Assembly (NCBI GenBank): GCA_022897995.1
Contig: GCA_022897995.1_4763.1
Source of the DNA: a phage
Length of the DNA: 64,000 nucleotides
Direction: 5' to 3' (one strand)
The position numbers and the translations under genes are program-made. Under the pieces are notes generated by a model that was not told the DNA's origin, ran no database searches, and was given only the letters and a program-made list of their open reading frames with translations. Positions 1 to 10,072 of the stretch are shown one piece after another; the first letter of the stretch is position 1, and every line of letters begins with the position of its first letter.

Positions 1-166
1 TGTCCGTTACCAATGGGTACGCTAGATGGTTTTATCGCACATGATGCAATTCATGATTGCGCTCGCGATATTCTTATGCTAATCTATGCACAACGTTATG
101 CTATGGGTCTGGAAGACCTACCAGAAAATCCAGATCCAAATTCAGTTAAGAAACAAAGGGGATAAT

Positions 167-340
167 ATGCCATTATACGATTATTCTTGTGAAGAACACG
201 GTCAATTTCAGAAAATCCGCAAAATTTCCGAGCGTGAAAAGGCAGAATGCCCTGAATGTGGTAAAGAATGCAAACAGGGATTAACTGCCCCGCGCGGGAT
301 TAATGGCGGGTACTATGATAAAAATGTGCGCGTGTCATGA
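167..340 (+). CDS. small zinc-ribbon protein (FmdB-like CxxC...CPECG)
   Basis: Two Cys pairs in a short ORF; start placed at ATG 167, though the frame is open from 86. Confidence 0.4.
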   Translation: MPLYDYSCEEHGQFQKIRKISEREKAECPECGKECKQGLTAPRGINGGYYDKNVRVS

Positions 341-439
341 GTCATATACTTGACAATCACTCAATTTTTAATATGATTGTTGCAGCCGTCTTTGTGGCGG
401 TTGCAGTAAGTTATGGTTATGTTATGAAGAGGTTTAATA

Positions 440-2263
440 ATGAGTGAGTTTCGCATTTTATCTGATCGTGAACATGTCCTTAAGCGTGCAGGAATGTATA
501 TAGGATCAACAACTTACGAAGAACATCAACGTTTCCTGTTCGGTAAATGGACAAAAATTTCATACGTTCCTGGACTGGTTAAAATCATTGATGAGATCAT
601 CGACAACTCTGTAGACGAGGCGATCCGCACTAACTTTGAATTTGCCAATGTGATTAGCGTCGATATCCAAAACAATATTGTTACGGTAACAGACAATGGT
701 CGCGGTATTCCTCAACATATGGTTACTACCCCAGAGGGCACGCAGATTCCGCAACCTGTAGCCGCATGGACACGAACAAAAGCAGGGTCTAACTTTGATG
801 ATACCAATCGATTAACGCAAGGGATGAACGGTGTTGGGTCGTCGTTGTCAAATTTCTTTAGCGATTGGTTTACTGGTGTAACCTGTGACGGCGAAACAGA
901 AATGACCGTTCAATGCACAAACGGTGCTGAAAATATCACATGGTCATCAAAACCATCAAAATTGAAGGGAACGAAGGTTACATTTTGTCCAGACTTCGAC
1001 CACTTCGAAGGTTATATGATGGACAACTCTGTTTTAGATATTGTTCATGATCGTCTGCAATCATTGAGCGTAATATTTCCTAAGATCACGTTTAAGTTTA
1101 ATGGTAAACGTATTGTTAGTAAGTTCAAGGATTATGCTAAACTATACAATGATGATCCGTTTGTCATTGAAGATAAAAACTTTTCACTTGCCCTAGTTCC
1201 TGCGGTCGAGGGAGAAGGTTTTAAATCAGTATCCTTTGCTAATGGTCTGTTTACCAAAAACGGGGGAACACACGTAGACTACGTGACAGATGATCTTTGT
1301 GAAGAGATTGTAAAACGAATCAAGAAAGAATATAAGGTTGATGTTACTAAAGCTGCGGTTAAGTCTGGATTGACCTGTATTCTTATTGTTCGTGAATTGC
1401 CTAACCTTCGTTTTGATTCACAGACAAAAGAACGATTGACTAACCCGACTGGTGATATCAAGCGTCATATTGATCTTGATTTTAAAAAGCTGGCTAAAGT
1501 CATTGCGAAGAAAGAAAACATTATCATGCCTATTATTGCTGTAGTCCTGGCACGCAAAGAGGCAGCCGATAAAGCGGCAGCGACTAAGGCAGCAAAGGCA
1601 GCAAAACGGGCTAAGGTGGCAAAACACGTTAAAGCTAACCTTATTGGAACTGACGCAGAAACTACCCTGTTTTTGACGGAAGGTGATTCCGCGATCAACT
1701 ATCTGATCTCTGTACGTGATCAAGATTTACATGGCGGTTTCCCGTTGCGAGGCAAAACTCTTACAACGTGGGAACAACCGGAGGCAAAGATCGTTAAGAA
1801 CGCCGAAATTTTTAACATCATGGCGATCACTGGCTTGCAATTTGGTGTTGATGCATTGGAAGTTATGCAATACAAAAATATTGCGATTATGACAGACGCT
1901 GATACTGACGGGATCGGGTCTATTAAACCTAGTCTGATCTCTTTCTTTGCACGTTGGCCTGAATTGTTCGAAGATGGACGAATCCGGTTTATCAAAACAC
2001 CTATTATCATTGCTGAACCAAAGAAAGGTGATGATGTTCGATGGTATTATGACCTAGAAGATTTCGAGAACGACCGAGATAATATCAAAGGTTACAACAT
2101 TCGATATATCAAAGGTTTAGCATCGCTCACAGAATCCGACTATCATCGCGTGATCAACGATCCTGTCATGGAGATCATCACGTTACCGGAAAACTATAAA
2201 GAGCTATTCGATTTGCTCTATAGTGAAGATGCAGATCAGCGCAAAATTTGGATGTGTAGCTAA
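440..2263 (+). CDS. 39: DNA topoisomerase II large subunit, contiguous form (GyrB-like ATPase + Toprim)
   Basis: GHKL ATPase motifs DNGRGIP and GMNGVGSSLSN; Toprim motifs LTEGDSA and MTDADTDG; 607 aa single ORF. Confidence 0.9.
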   Translation: MSEFRILSDREHVLKRAGMYIGSTTYEEHQRFLFGKWTKISYVPGLVKIIDEIIDNSVDEAIRTNFEFANVISVDIQNNIVTVTDNGRGIPQHMVTTPEGTQIPQPVAAWTRTKAGSNFDDTNRLTQGMNGVGSSLSNFFSDWFTGVTCDGETEMTVQCTNGAENITWSSKPSKLKGTKVTFCPDFDHFEGYMMDNSVLDIVHDRLQSLSVIFPKITFKFNGKRIVSKFKDYAKLYNDDPFVIEDKNFSLALVPAVEGEGFKSVSFANGLFTKNGGTHVDYVTDDLCEEIVKRIKKEYKVDVTKAAVKSGLTCILIVRELPNLRFDSQTKERLTNPTGDIKRHIDLDFKKLAKVIAKKENIIMPIIAVVLARKEAADKAAATKAAKAAKRAKVAKHVKANLIGTDAETTLFLTEGDSAINYLISVRDQDLHGGFPLRGKTLTTWEQPEAKIVKNAEIFNIMAITGLQFGVDALEVMQYKNIAIMTDADTDGIGSIKPSLISFFARWPELFEDGRIRFIKTPIIIAEPKKGDDVRWYYDLEDFENDRDNIKGYNIRYIKGLASLTESDYHRVINDPVMEIITLPENYKELFDLLYSEDADQRKIWMCS

Positions 2264-2269
2264 AAATAC

Positions 2270-2315
2270 TTGACATAAAAGGGAGATTCTCTATAATGGG
2301 AGTCTCCCTTTTCTT
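2270..2315 (+). promoter_or_regulatory. sigma70-like promoter overlapping a terminator hairpin
   Basis: TTGACA 2270-2275, 16 nt spacer, TATAAT 2292-2297; GGGAGA/TCTCCC stem encloses the -10 and is followed by a T-run, directly after the gene 39 stop. Confidence 0.55.
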
Positions 2316-2331
2316 TTATGAGGATTAAACA

Positions 2332-2631
2332 ATGAGCAAAAAGAATAATATGATGATGAGTATGGCAAAGTTTATGGAAGCGGACCTGATCAAAAATACA
2401 GTACAACATGAACGCCAGCGAGAAGCCGCAGTGATTGCAGAACAAGGTTTTCAGGTTATCCGCAATCCACCTAAAGACACGGTTAAATCGAAATACAGAG
2501 ACGATCTGAAAGACCATGAAGTACGGGAACTGGTTAATGATCTGCGTGACATTGCCATCAAATATCATGGTTATCAGTGCTTACGAGAACTGATTGCATC
2601 GCGAGTAATGGATGCCCTGAAAAAAGATTAA
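2332..2631 (+). CDS. hypothetical protein
   Basis: 99 aa ORF immediately downstream of the promoter at 2270. Confidence 0.5.
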   Translation: MSKKNNMMMSMAKFMEADLIKNTVQHERQREAAVIAEQGFQVIRNPPKDTVKSKYRDDLKDHEVRELVNDLRDIAIKYHGYQCLRELIASRVMDALKKD

Positions 2632-2637
2632 AATCTG

Positions 2638-2680
2638 TTGACACCGGATCGGGGATATATCATAATGTCCCCATCGAAAA
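2638..2680 (+). promoter_or_regulatory. sigma70-like promoter with inverted repeat over the -10
   Basis: TTGACA 2638-2643, 17 nt spacer, CATAAT 2661-2666; GGGGA...TCCCC stem; conserved CCCATCGAAA leader. Confidence 0.55.
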
Positions 2681-2696
2681 CAAAAGGTTGACTTAT

Positions 2697-2891
2697 ATGA
2701 AACCGTTTAAGAATGAAGAAACTCAAAAATTTTGTGAAAAAATTGCAGAAATCTACTTGACAGGGAATAAGGAAAAAGCTAATATTATGTTCAAAGAGTC
2801 AGTTTCCATGATGAAAGTAGCACGCTGGGAACTGATCGCAATGCAAGACCAAATTCGTTATCTAGTAACAAAGGAGAATCAAAATGCGTAA
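2697..2891 (+). CDS. hypothetical protein
   Basis: ATG 2697 downstream of the promoter at 2638; the tracked frame 2577..2891 would start inside the previous gene. Confidence 0.4.
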   Translation: MKPFKNEETQKFCEKIAEIYLTGNKEKANIMFKESVSMMKVARWELIAMQDQIRYLVTKENQNA

Positions 2892-3078
2892 CCATTACAT
2901 CGAACTGACAAGCCGTAGAGTTTCCGATCTGAAAGGCGTAATTGCTTACTATGAAGAAGTCCTGAAAAACGAAATTGCCGAGTGGGAACGTAAAGAATAC
3001 AGCAAGTGCTTAGAGAAAAGCCGCGCTGAACTGGTTGACGCAGAAGCCCATTTGCAATGGGTGATTGAAAATGTATAA
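2884..3078 (+). CDS. hypothetical protein
   Basis: SD AAGGAGAATCAAA then ATG; start overlaps the stop of the previous ORF. Confidence 0.45.
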   Translation: MRNHYIELTSRRVSDLKGVIAYYEEVLKNEIAEWERKEYSKCLEKSRAELVDAEAHLQWVIENV

Positions 3079-3088
3079 GGAGTAGAAA

Positions 3089-3346
3089 ATGAATAGAAGT
3101 TTTGATTTTATTTTCGCCAAGTGTCATCGAGAAAAGAAATCGATGGACCTGTTTATGGAGTGTTTGAGGTATGAATATGCGCATCTTCGTAAACACAAAA
3201 TTGATCCGCAAGTTTCCTACGAAAACATCAAGAAATATGCGAAAGAAGTGATTGACAACGATTGCACCGTGACATATAATGCGTTTATTGATTTATGGGC
3301 GTGGGATGTAATCTACGCAGAGATGGACAAAGAAGATTTTAATTAA
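3089..3346 (+). CDS. hypothetical protein
   Basis: 85 aa ORF with SD GGAG upstream. Confidence 0.45.
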   Translation: MNRSFDFIFAKCHREKKSMDLFMECLRYEYAHLRKHKIDPQVSYENIKKYAKEVIDNDCTVTYNAFIDLWAWDVIYAEMDKEDFN

Positions 3347-3360
3347 GTGAGGATTATATT

Positions 3361-5469
3361 ATGAAAATGCATATTGATAATGAAGAAGTATTTGGCAGTG
3401 ACTTGAGCGGTGCGGTTGATTTTTCACTGAAAGCAAGTAGCAAGGCTTTTATGGTGCTTTCTAAGAACACTTATCAATATTGTGAGCGTGCTTGCGTCCG
3501 TGAGTATTCGTGCAATGCTACCGACACTCACAAAGAAGCCGGAACCTTAGATCGTCCGTTTGATATTCATTTACCGACTGCAATCGAACCGTATTTTTCT
3601 GTGCGTGATTATGGTACTGGTATTCCGTCTAAGAAAGAATTAGAACAACTGTTTACGGTTTACTTTGAATCAACCAAAGACCAGACTAATGATTATATCG
3701 GATCTTTTGGTTTGGGTGCGAAGTCTGCTTATAGCTATACCGACACCTTTACAATCGTAAACTACTACAATGGTCGCGCTTATGGCTTTACTGCATTTGT
3801 GCAAAACTCTATGCCGAAAATGGTGCAGATTTTCGACGAACCGACCTATGAAGACAATGGTCTGAAAATCACTATTCCGGTGAAAGAAAAAGACATTCAG
3901 ACATGGCATCGAGAAGCACAATTTGTACTGCGTCATTTTGGGGAACACAAACCTAATATCAATGCCATCGAAATTAATTATTTCCCTAGCTTTGATAATT
4001 ATTATGTGTGTAATGGACGTGATAACGATTCCTATGTGGTATATGCAATCATGGGTAAGATCCAGTATCCGATCCCGTATGAATATGTTCGCGGAACATG
4101 GTTAGAAGCTGTAAACCACCAGCACCAGACCATTTACATTAATTTTGAGTTGGGTGATCTGGACCTTATGCCATCGCGTGAAGAAGTTCACTTGTCAATT
4201 GAGACTAAAGCGAACATCGAAAAACGCATTGCAGAAATCAATGAAATGATGTTGGAAAAGGTTAAAGAGAAGATCGCCAACATTAAAACAGAGCGTAAAC
4301 TTGCTCAATTTATGAGCGAGTATTCATCGACGCAACGCAATATTATTAGCAAGATGGGTAAGATCGGACAATGGGACGATCCGGTAGCAATCTATAATAA
4401 GTTTGTGAATGCGGGTAAATATTCGCCTAATGACGTAGAAGGTCAGGTGTATACTCTGTATCGTACTCGTCACACAATCAGTAAATTGCGACCTGCTTTC
4501 GTTAGCAGTCAATACAACATTACGCATTTTGTATGGATGCATAAAGAAGATATTACGTGTCTTATTGATGATACCGATAAACCGAAACTGCGTGCACTGA
4601 CTCTTAACGGCATGGTCCAGGAATATGGAATCAATAAAAAAGTACTGGTGTTCCGTCAGAACAACGAAAAACATATGGAGACTTTCGAGTACATCAAACA
4701 GTATTATGATGATTCTGAAATGACCGTGATTAAGGTATCAGAGGCCGATGATCTGCGTGCTAAAGCAGTTAAGCCGGAGAAGACCGAGCGTACACAACGT
4801 GAAGCTACTCCCAAGCTGCCTAACGTGTATATCATGGAAAAGATTGGTGACAGTTGGCATAAAACCAGCCATCACATGAAAGCGGCAGAGATTCGCGAGT
4901 TATCAGGCTTGCACATGTTCCGCGTAGGTGATGCATTCGAAAGCCGTAGCCGTCAATCGATCTATAATGAAAATACATTACATACGGCGCTTGACTACTT
5001 CGGGGTAACAAAGTATATTATTACTCGAAACGAGACACAAAAATATCTCGTTGACGAACAATTGGAATGTGCGCTAGAATTTGTTCGCGGTAAGCTGGCT
5101 GGTCTGGCTAAGAAGGTTAAGACCAATCATCTGGGGTATGGCGAATATCTGGGTGTGATCACTATGTTGTTTCATGACGATGAACTAGAACGCTGTGTTC
5201 CAGAATTTATTGACAGACTGTACGGTCGTCATTATAATAAAGAGGTTTCCAAGTTACTCCTTCATACTCGTTGGATTATGGACGAAGAAACTAAAAAGAT
5301 TTGTGATGAAAAATTCACGGCAGCAAACGAACGAATTAAAGCAGTTTGTGCGAAGTTTAAAGAGAATAGCCCGTTACTGTATGATATTGTAGATAACTGG
5401 TATCGTATTCTGCATAACGACAAACGCGCACAAGACTTTATGAAACTGGTTAAGAATGTTAAATTTTAA
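3361..5469 (+). CDS. rIIA: rIIA protein (membrane-associated, N-terminal GHKL ATPase-like domain)
   Basis: 702 aa (T4 rIIA about 725 aa); motifs DYGTGIP and GSFGLGAKSAY; sits between 39 and rIIB as in T-even phages. Confidence 0.8.
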   Translation: MKMHIDNEEVFGSDLSGAVDFSLKASSKAFMVLSKNTYQYCERACVREYSCNATDTHKEAGTLDRPFDIHLPTAIEPYFSVRDYGTGIPSKKELEQLFTVYFESTKDQTNDYIGSFGLGAKSAYSYTDTFTIVNYYNGRAYGFTAFVQNSMPKMVQIFDEPTYEDNGLKITIPVKEKDIQTWHREAQFVLRHFGEHKPNINAIEINYFPSFDNYYVCNGRDNDSYVVYAIMGKIQYPIPYEYVRGTWLEAVNHQHQTIYINFELGDLDLMPSREEVHLSIETKANIEKRIAEINEMMLEKVKEKIANIKTERKLAQFMSEYSSTQRNIISKMGKIGQWDDPVAIYNKFVNAGKYSPNDVEGQVYTLYRTRHTISKLRPAFVSSQYNITHFVWMHKEDITCLIDDTDKPKLRALTLNGMVQEYGINKKVLVFRQNNEKHMETFEYIKQYYDDSEMTVIKVSEADDLRAKAVKPEKTERTQREATPKLPNVYIMEKIGDSWHKTSHHMKAAEIRELSGLHMFRVGDAFESRSRQSIYNENTLHTALDYFGVTKYIITRNETQKYLVDEQLECALEFVRGKLAGLAKKVKTNHLGYGEYLGVITMLFHDDELERCVPEFIDRLYGRHYNKEVSKLLLHTRWIMDEETKKICDEKFTAANERIKAVCAKFKENSPLLYDIVDNWYRILHNDKRAQDFMKLVKNVKF

Positions 5470-5481
5470 GAGGTGATATTA

Positions 5482-5613
5482 TGACTAAACTGACCGCTAT
5501 CCAGAAAGAAACCATCCGTAAACAATACGCTCGCGGCTTGACTAAAGGCGAACTGGCACGAATCTATAATGTGTCAGACCGCACAATCCGCAAGGTTGTA
5601 GAAGCAAAATAAT
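5482..5613 (+). CDS. small helix-turn-helix protein
   Basis: 43 aa ORF with SD GAGGTGATATT; HTH-like segment LTKGELARIYNVSDRTIRK; too short for the ORF track. Confidence 0.35.
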
Positions 5614-5650
5614 TCTGGTATAATGATGTGAATCGGGCGGCGATAGTCGC
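5597..5650 (+). promoter_or_regulatory. candidate promoter plus hairpin upstream of rIIB
   Basis: TTGTAG 5597-5602, 17 nt spacer, TATAAT 5620-5625; GGGCGgcgatagtCGCCC hairpin 5635-5652. Confidence 0.35.
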
Positions 5651-5665
5651 CCAACTAATAGAGGA

Positions 5666-6667
5666 ATGAATACTATGACTAAAGCAAAAATCACCGTCTC
5701 TGACCGTAACGTTCAATGCCTGGATTCTGAAAAACAAATCAAACTGGCTAAACAGTGGGGCGAAGGTAAGTTTACTACCCGCGAAGCACTTGCGGCAGCA
5801 TTTGGGGTATCTCGTCGTACTGCCTCCCGTGTATTACTGATTCAGAAAGACGCAGTAGCGGAAGGTCGCAAGGCACTAGAAAAACGTAAAGCACGCCGTA
5901 AAACCAGTAAAGGAAAAGGCGGTGAACGCGCAAAAAAGCCCGTGACTACTTCCTCAAAAATCGTAGCAATAGCCTCAACTAAGTTTATTACTATTACATG
6001 TGGTGACATTGTTTATACTGCTGATCCGTCGCATGTTAACTTTAATGAAGCACTGGAAGCGATTAAACATAATGATTTCATCAAAGCTATTACGCTGATT
6101 GACATTAAGAAAGCGGTTGAAGTATATTATCACGGCGCTTTCCGTATCGAAAATGGTATTGTGTATTATCATAATATTGTTCTTGATAATAATCTGACTC
6201 GTCGAGTTGTGGAGTCGATTAAAGAGAATAAGCCATATACGCACTATCTGAACTTCTTTGAGAAGTGCAAGAAAAACCCTAGCCGTAAGGCCGTAGATCG
6301 TCTATTTGACTTCTTAGAGCACAACGACATTGAGATCGGGGAAGATGGTTGTTTCTATGCATGGAAACGTGTTGATGTTGATTATAAAGATTTCTTTACG
6401 CATACGTTTGATAATAGCCCAGGTCGCACGGTTAAAATGAAGCGTAAAGACGTGGACCCAGATGATGATCGCACTTGCTCTAATGGCCTCCACGTTGCAG
6501 CGAAACACTATATTCCGCACTATGGCGGTGGACGAGGCCGAATCATTAAATGTAAAGTTGATCCGCGTCACGTTGTAAGTATCCCGAAAGATTATGCGAA
6601 TGCCAAAATGCGCTGTCATCGTTACTATGTGGTTGAAGATGTAACCGAAGGTTTTAGCCATTACTAA
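5666..6667 (+). CDS. rIIB: rIIB protein
   Basis: 333 aa; C-terminal half closely resembles T4 rIIB as recalled (AVDRLFDFL, FYAWK, TFDNSPG); adjacent to rIIA. Confidence 0.8.
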   Translation: MNTMTKAKITVSDRNVQCLDSEKQIKLAKQWGEGKFTTREALAAAFGVSRRTASRVLLIQKDAVAEGRKALEKRKARRKTSKGKGGERAKKPVTTSSKIVAIASTKFITITCGDIVYTADPSHVNFNEALEAIKHNDFIKAITLIDIKKAVEVYYHGAFRIENGIVYYHNIVLDNNLTRRVVESIKENKPYTHYLNFFEKCKKNPSRKAVDRLFDFLEHNDIEIGEDGCFYAWKRVDVDYKDFFTHTFDNSPGRTVKMKRKDVDPDDDRTCSNGLHVAAKHYIPHYGGGRGRIIKCKVDPRHVVSIPKDYANAKMRCHRYYVVEDVTEGFSHY

Positions 6668-6681
6668 CAGAGGAATTAATT

Positions 6682-7008
6682 ATGGTTGATATGAAAGTTA
6701 CTTGCGAAAGTGCACATGTTGAAGTTGAAAGTAGCCAATATTCATTGCGTCCGTCCGGTCGCGTTACTGTGACTATGGATGATGTTGATTTGGTTAATAA
6801 TGTTAGTGTTGAAGATATCGTTAATGAGTATGATCATAGCGAACTGCTAGACGCAATTCCTGAACATGTTGTGATCCAGCACGTAGTAAGCAATAATGAT
6901 CCATCGACTTTCATTAAAGAATACGGCGCTGATGAAATGCTCGATGAAATTGGCGAAAAGATTGTTATTGCATGGCTTGAAAACAACGGTTATACTGTAG
7001 AACAATAA
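6682..7008 (+). CDS. hypothetical acidic protein
   Basis: 108 aa ORF following rIIB. Confidence 0.45.
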   Translation: MVDMKVTCESAHVEVESSQYSLRPSGRVTVTMDDVDLVNNVSVEDIVNEYDHSELLDAIPEHVVIQHVVSNNDPSTFIKEYGADEMLDEIGEKIVIAWLENNGYTVEQ

Positions 7009-7016
7009 TCAACATA

Positions 7017-7042
7017 GGCCGCTTTGCGCGGCCTTTCTTAGA
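7017..7042 (+). terminator. rho-independent terminator
   Basis: GGCCGC-tttgc-GCGGCC hairpin followed by TTTCTT. Confidence 0.5.
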
Positions 7043-7053
7043 GGGAATACATT

Positions 7054-7347
7054 ATGACGGTCACGGTTATTACCAAATACGACGACGAAAATGTGATTTA
7101 CGGTGACGTGGTTGTTGTTCACGGTCGTAGCATGAAAGTTACTGGTAATTGTAAAGATGGTGCTATTATTTGTGGTGAATTTGTGAGAACAGTCAATCCT
7201 ATCACCGACGAACAAAAGCGAGTCATTATCAGAAAACTTAAAGACAGTGGATATTGTAACGTCGTGGTGATTCAAGAAAAAATTGAAGTAGGCCACTTAT
7301 ACACAAATCAGAAAACAATTCCGGTATCAATGGTTAAAGGCGGTTAA
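7054..7347 (+). CDS. hypothetical protein
   Basis: 97 aa ORF with SD GAGGGAATACATT. Confidence 0.45.
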   Translation: MTVTVITKYDDENVIYGDVVVVHGRSMKVTGNCKDGAIICGEFVRTVNPITDEQKRVIIRKLKDSGYCNVVVIQEKIEVGHLYTNQKTIPVSMVKGG

Positions 7348-7349
7348 TA

Positions 7350-7712
7350 ATGCTAGGTCATTCTAAAATAGAAGATTGCTCATTCAGAGCAATGAAAGAT
7401 GATTTTTCGGTCCTGTACGCGTCTATCCGAGAGTTGTTTGTAGATTTTAAGCAATTCAGAGAATACAAAGGCGTTAAGATGCGGGAGTGGGTATTCTGGC
7501 CTTTCTATATCATTACTCTGTTTTCTATGGTATTTTGTTTTGTCGGGATCTCTATCGCTAGTTTTGTCACTTGCGTTTTCCTGATTATCAGGTGTATCAT
7601 GTTTGCTTTGATTGCTGCCCCGTTTATTGTGTCAATCCTTCCGTTAAAATGGCTATTGGATTGGGCTGATAAATCTGATAAAGTAAAGAATGTGATTTGT
7701 AAGCGTGTATGA
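7350..7712 (+). CDS. small integral membrane protein
   Basis: 120 aa with long hydrophobic stretches (WVFWPFYIITLFSMVFCFVGISIASFV, FALIAAPFIVSIL). Confidence 0.45.
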   Translation: MLGHSKIEDCSFRAMKDDFSVLYASIRELFVDFKQFREYKGVKMREWVFWPFYIITLFSMVFCFVGISIASFVTCVFLIIRCIMFALIAAPFIVSILPLKWLLDWADKSDKVKNVICKRV

Positions 7713-9084
7713 GGTGAAGATGGATAAAATTAGTCAAATTGTAAACACATTTACTTACCGCAGCCTTGAAAGCATTGTACATAATGAAGCTAAGGAATAT
7801 GCGATCTATTCTGCCGAGGAACGCGGGATTCCTCAATTAGTGGATGGGCTTAAACCAGTTCAACGCTTTGTTATGGAGTGCGCACTTCAAAAGAGTAAAG
7901 GCGACCGTAAGAAATTCCGTAAGATGGCAGATATTGGATCTGGTGTTGCTGAGTTGGGTTATCACCACGGGGAAACTAATGCCGTAGAAGCCGGATCACT
8001 CATGGCGAATACATGGAGCAATAATACTCCACTGCTTGACGGTCAAGGTAACTTCGGATCGCGTTTAGTCCAGAAAGCAGGTGCGGCACGTTATATCTTT
8101 GCTCGTGTTCATGAAAACTTCTTTAAAATCTATAAAGATATGAATTGCGCACCTAAACACGAAGATCTGGAACACATCCCGCCAGTGTTCTACTTGCCAG
8201 TTGTGCCAATGGTATTGGCTAATGGTATTAGTGGTATTGCTACAGGGTATAAAACTGACATTTTACCGCATTCACTGGAAAGCCTTATTGAATGCACAGA
8301 GCTAGCACTTGCCGGAAAACTGGATAAAGAACCTAGTGTTCAATTCCCGAAATTCACGGGTAAAGTTATCCCTCGTGATGACCGAGATGGTGTCATTCTT
8401 GAGGGTACATATGAACTAAACGGCAAGACTAAGCTGACAATATCAGAAGTTCCTTATAAGTTCGACCGTGAAGAATATGTAGCGGTACTGGATGCACTGG
8501 AAGAAAAAGATCTGATTGTCTCATATAATGACCGTTGCTCTAAGGATGGATTCAGATTTGAAGTAACACTGAAACGCGATTATTTCAAAAGCGAAGATGA
8601 ATCCGCTCGACATGAGCAAATCATGAAGGATTTTAAACTAACGCAGTTAGTAGCCCAGAATATCGTAGTAGTTAACGAACGTGGTTTAGTTGAAGTATTC
8701 GAGAAAGCTAGCGACCTGATCCGTCGATTCGTCGAAATCCGATTAGGGTATGTCGATAAACGCATTGAATTGATGCAAGCGGAAACGCTGGAAGCATACA
8801 ATTATGCAATGGCTAAAGCCGAATTTATCGATCGCGTAATTAAGGGCGAAATCGAGCTACAGGGCAAGAAAAAGGCCGAGGTAATGCAATCCATCAATGG
8901 ACATGAAAAACTGCGTCCATACGCCGATAAGCTAGTTTCTATGCCATTGTATAGCGTTACTCAAGAAGAGTATGATCGACTGGTCAAAGATGCCGATAAA
9001 CATCATAGTGAATATGAGTATTGGACAAAGACGACCGCAATGAAGGAATATAAGAAAGATCTTAAAGAACTTAAGAAGGGTTGA
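7705..9084 (+). CDS. 52: DNA topoisomerase II medium subunit (GyrA-like cleavage/religation)
   Basis: 459 aa (T4 gp52 about 442 aa); GyrA-like N-terminus; same operon direction as 39. Confidence 0.85.
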   Translation: MYEVKMDKISQIVNTFTYRSLESIVHNEAKEYAIYSAEERGIPQLVDGLKPVQRFVMECALQKSKGDRKKFRKMADIGSGVAELGYHHGETNAVEAGSLMANTWSNNTPLLDGQGNFGSRLVQKAGAARYIFARVHENFFKIYKDMNCAPKHEDLEHIPPVFYLPVVPMVLANGISGIATGYKTDILPHSLESLIECTELALAGKLDKEPSVQFPKFTGKVIPRDDRDGVILEGTYELNGKTKLTISEVPYKFDREEYVAVLDALEEKDLIVSYNDRCSKDGFRFEVTLKRDYFKSEDESARHEQIMKDFKLTQLVAQNIVVVNERGLVEVFEKASDLIRRFVEIRLGYVDKRIELMQAETLEAYNYAMAKAEFIDRVIKGEIELQGKKKAEVMQSINGHEKLRPYADKLVSMPLYSVTQEEYDRLVKDADKHHSEYEYWTKTTAMKEYKKDLKELKKG

Positions 9085-9284
9085 TTATGAAAGAATATCC
9101 AGAAGGCGGTTATATTGCATTTCTGTACAACAATAAAAAGATTGTGCCAATTGTCGTTGAAACACTGGAAGAATCCAACCGGATCACCAGTGAATCTCTG
9201 AGCAAATTAGCAGAGATGACAAACACGCCAGAACACAGAGCAAAGATCGACAACTTGATGAAAGAATTATCAGAGAGGAAATAA
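9081..9284 (+). CDS. hypothetical protein
   Basis: 67 aa ORF translationally coupled to 52. Confidence 0.4.
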   Translation: MIMKEYPEGGYIAFLYNNKKIVPIVVETLEESNRITSESLSKLAEMTNTPEHRAKIDNLMKELSERK

Positions 9285-9287
9285 ATT

Positions 9288-9683
9288 ATGACTGAACGAC
9301 GCATCACTTCAAATGGTTTGGGTACTCATCATGCATGGATGGTTGACCCAGACAAAAATCCTTATAAACTTTACGACACAACGATTAAACCGTGGAATAA
9401 TGGCGTATGGAAAACACCGCCCACAACAGCACCTATTATGACAGACCCGAAACCGTTTAGCCCGATGGCGGAACCAGTACAGATTAAGCCGTTACCTTAC
9501 CAGATAACGACGAATAGCATCGCCAACAAACAAGAAAATGATATTGATATGATCTACGAGATGATTAAACTTTGGCGTGATGTTTATCTGGGTGTTCTAT
9601 GCAACACAGATAAAAGTGCACATGCGGCAGCGGTACTTGCATCTCATGCGGTAGACGAAGCCAAAAAGAAATTTAGTAAGTAA
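9288..9683 (+). CDS. hypothetical protein
   Basis: 131 aa ORF. Confidence 0.45.
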   Translation: MTERRITSNGLGTHHAWMVDPDKNPYKLYDTTIKPWNNGVWKTPPTTAPIMTDPKPFSPMAEPVQIKPLPYQITTNSIANKQENDIDMIYEMIKLWRDVYLGVLCNTDKSAHAAAVLASHAVDEAKKKFSK

Positions 9684-9692
9684 CTGATTATT

Positions 9693-9722
9693 AAGCCGAT
9701 CCGTGTGGTCGGCTTTTTTATT
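9693..9722 (+). terminator. rho-independent terminator
   Basis: AGCCGAtccgtgtgGTCGGCT hairpin followed by TTTTTTATTTT. Confidence 0.6.
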
Positions 9723-9733
9723 TTAAAAAGTTG

Positions 9734-9790
9734 TTGACTTCCATAATCCATCATTGCATAATACACACCCATACCAAACGAAAGGAGAAT
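9734..9790 (+). promoter_or_regulatory. sigma70-like promoter with conserved leader
   Basis: TTGACT 9734-9739, 17 nt spacer, CATAAT 9757-9762; leader ACCCATACCAAACGAAAGGAGAATCA. Confidence 0.55.
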
Positions 9791-9795
9791 CAAAG

Positions 9796-10068
9796 ATGAG
9801 CAACGAAAACAGCAAAGTGTTAGCAATTGCCGATAAAGTAGGTTACTGGAAATGTTGGGATGATATGGAGAAATTAGGCGGTCGATATCTCGATAACTTA
9901 GAGTTGCATTATTGCCAAGCGCGTAATGCAGAAGTTGCGGGAGTAGCAATTGAAGATATTCCGTCTAAGGTCTTCGGATTCTCTAAAGATGATACTTTAG
10001 AATATGTTTTCAAGGCTGTTATGGATCAAGCATGGGAAGACGCAGAGACACGCGCTCTTGATTGGTGA
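9796..10068 (+). CDS. hypothetical protein
   Basis: ATG 9796 preceded by AAGGAGAATCAAAG. Confidence 0.5.
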   Translation: MSNENSKVLAIADKVGYWKCWDDMEKLGGRYLDNLELHYCQARNAEVAGVAIEDIPSKVFGFSKDDTLEYVFKAVMDQAWEDAETRALDW

Positions 10069-10072
10069 TAAT

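Noticed and set aside
1279-2010. Minus-strand ORFs inside gene 39 (1279..1461, 1418..1723, 1465..1698, 1720..2010)
   Set aside because: They lie entirely within a confidently identified topoisomerase CDS on the opposite strand and lack ribosome-binding sites.
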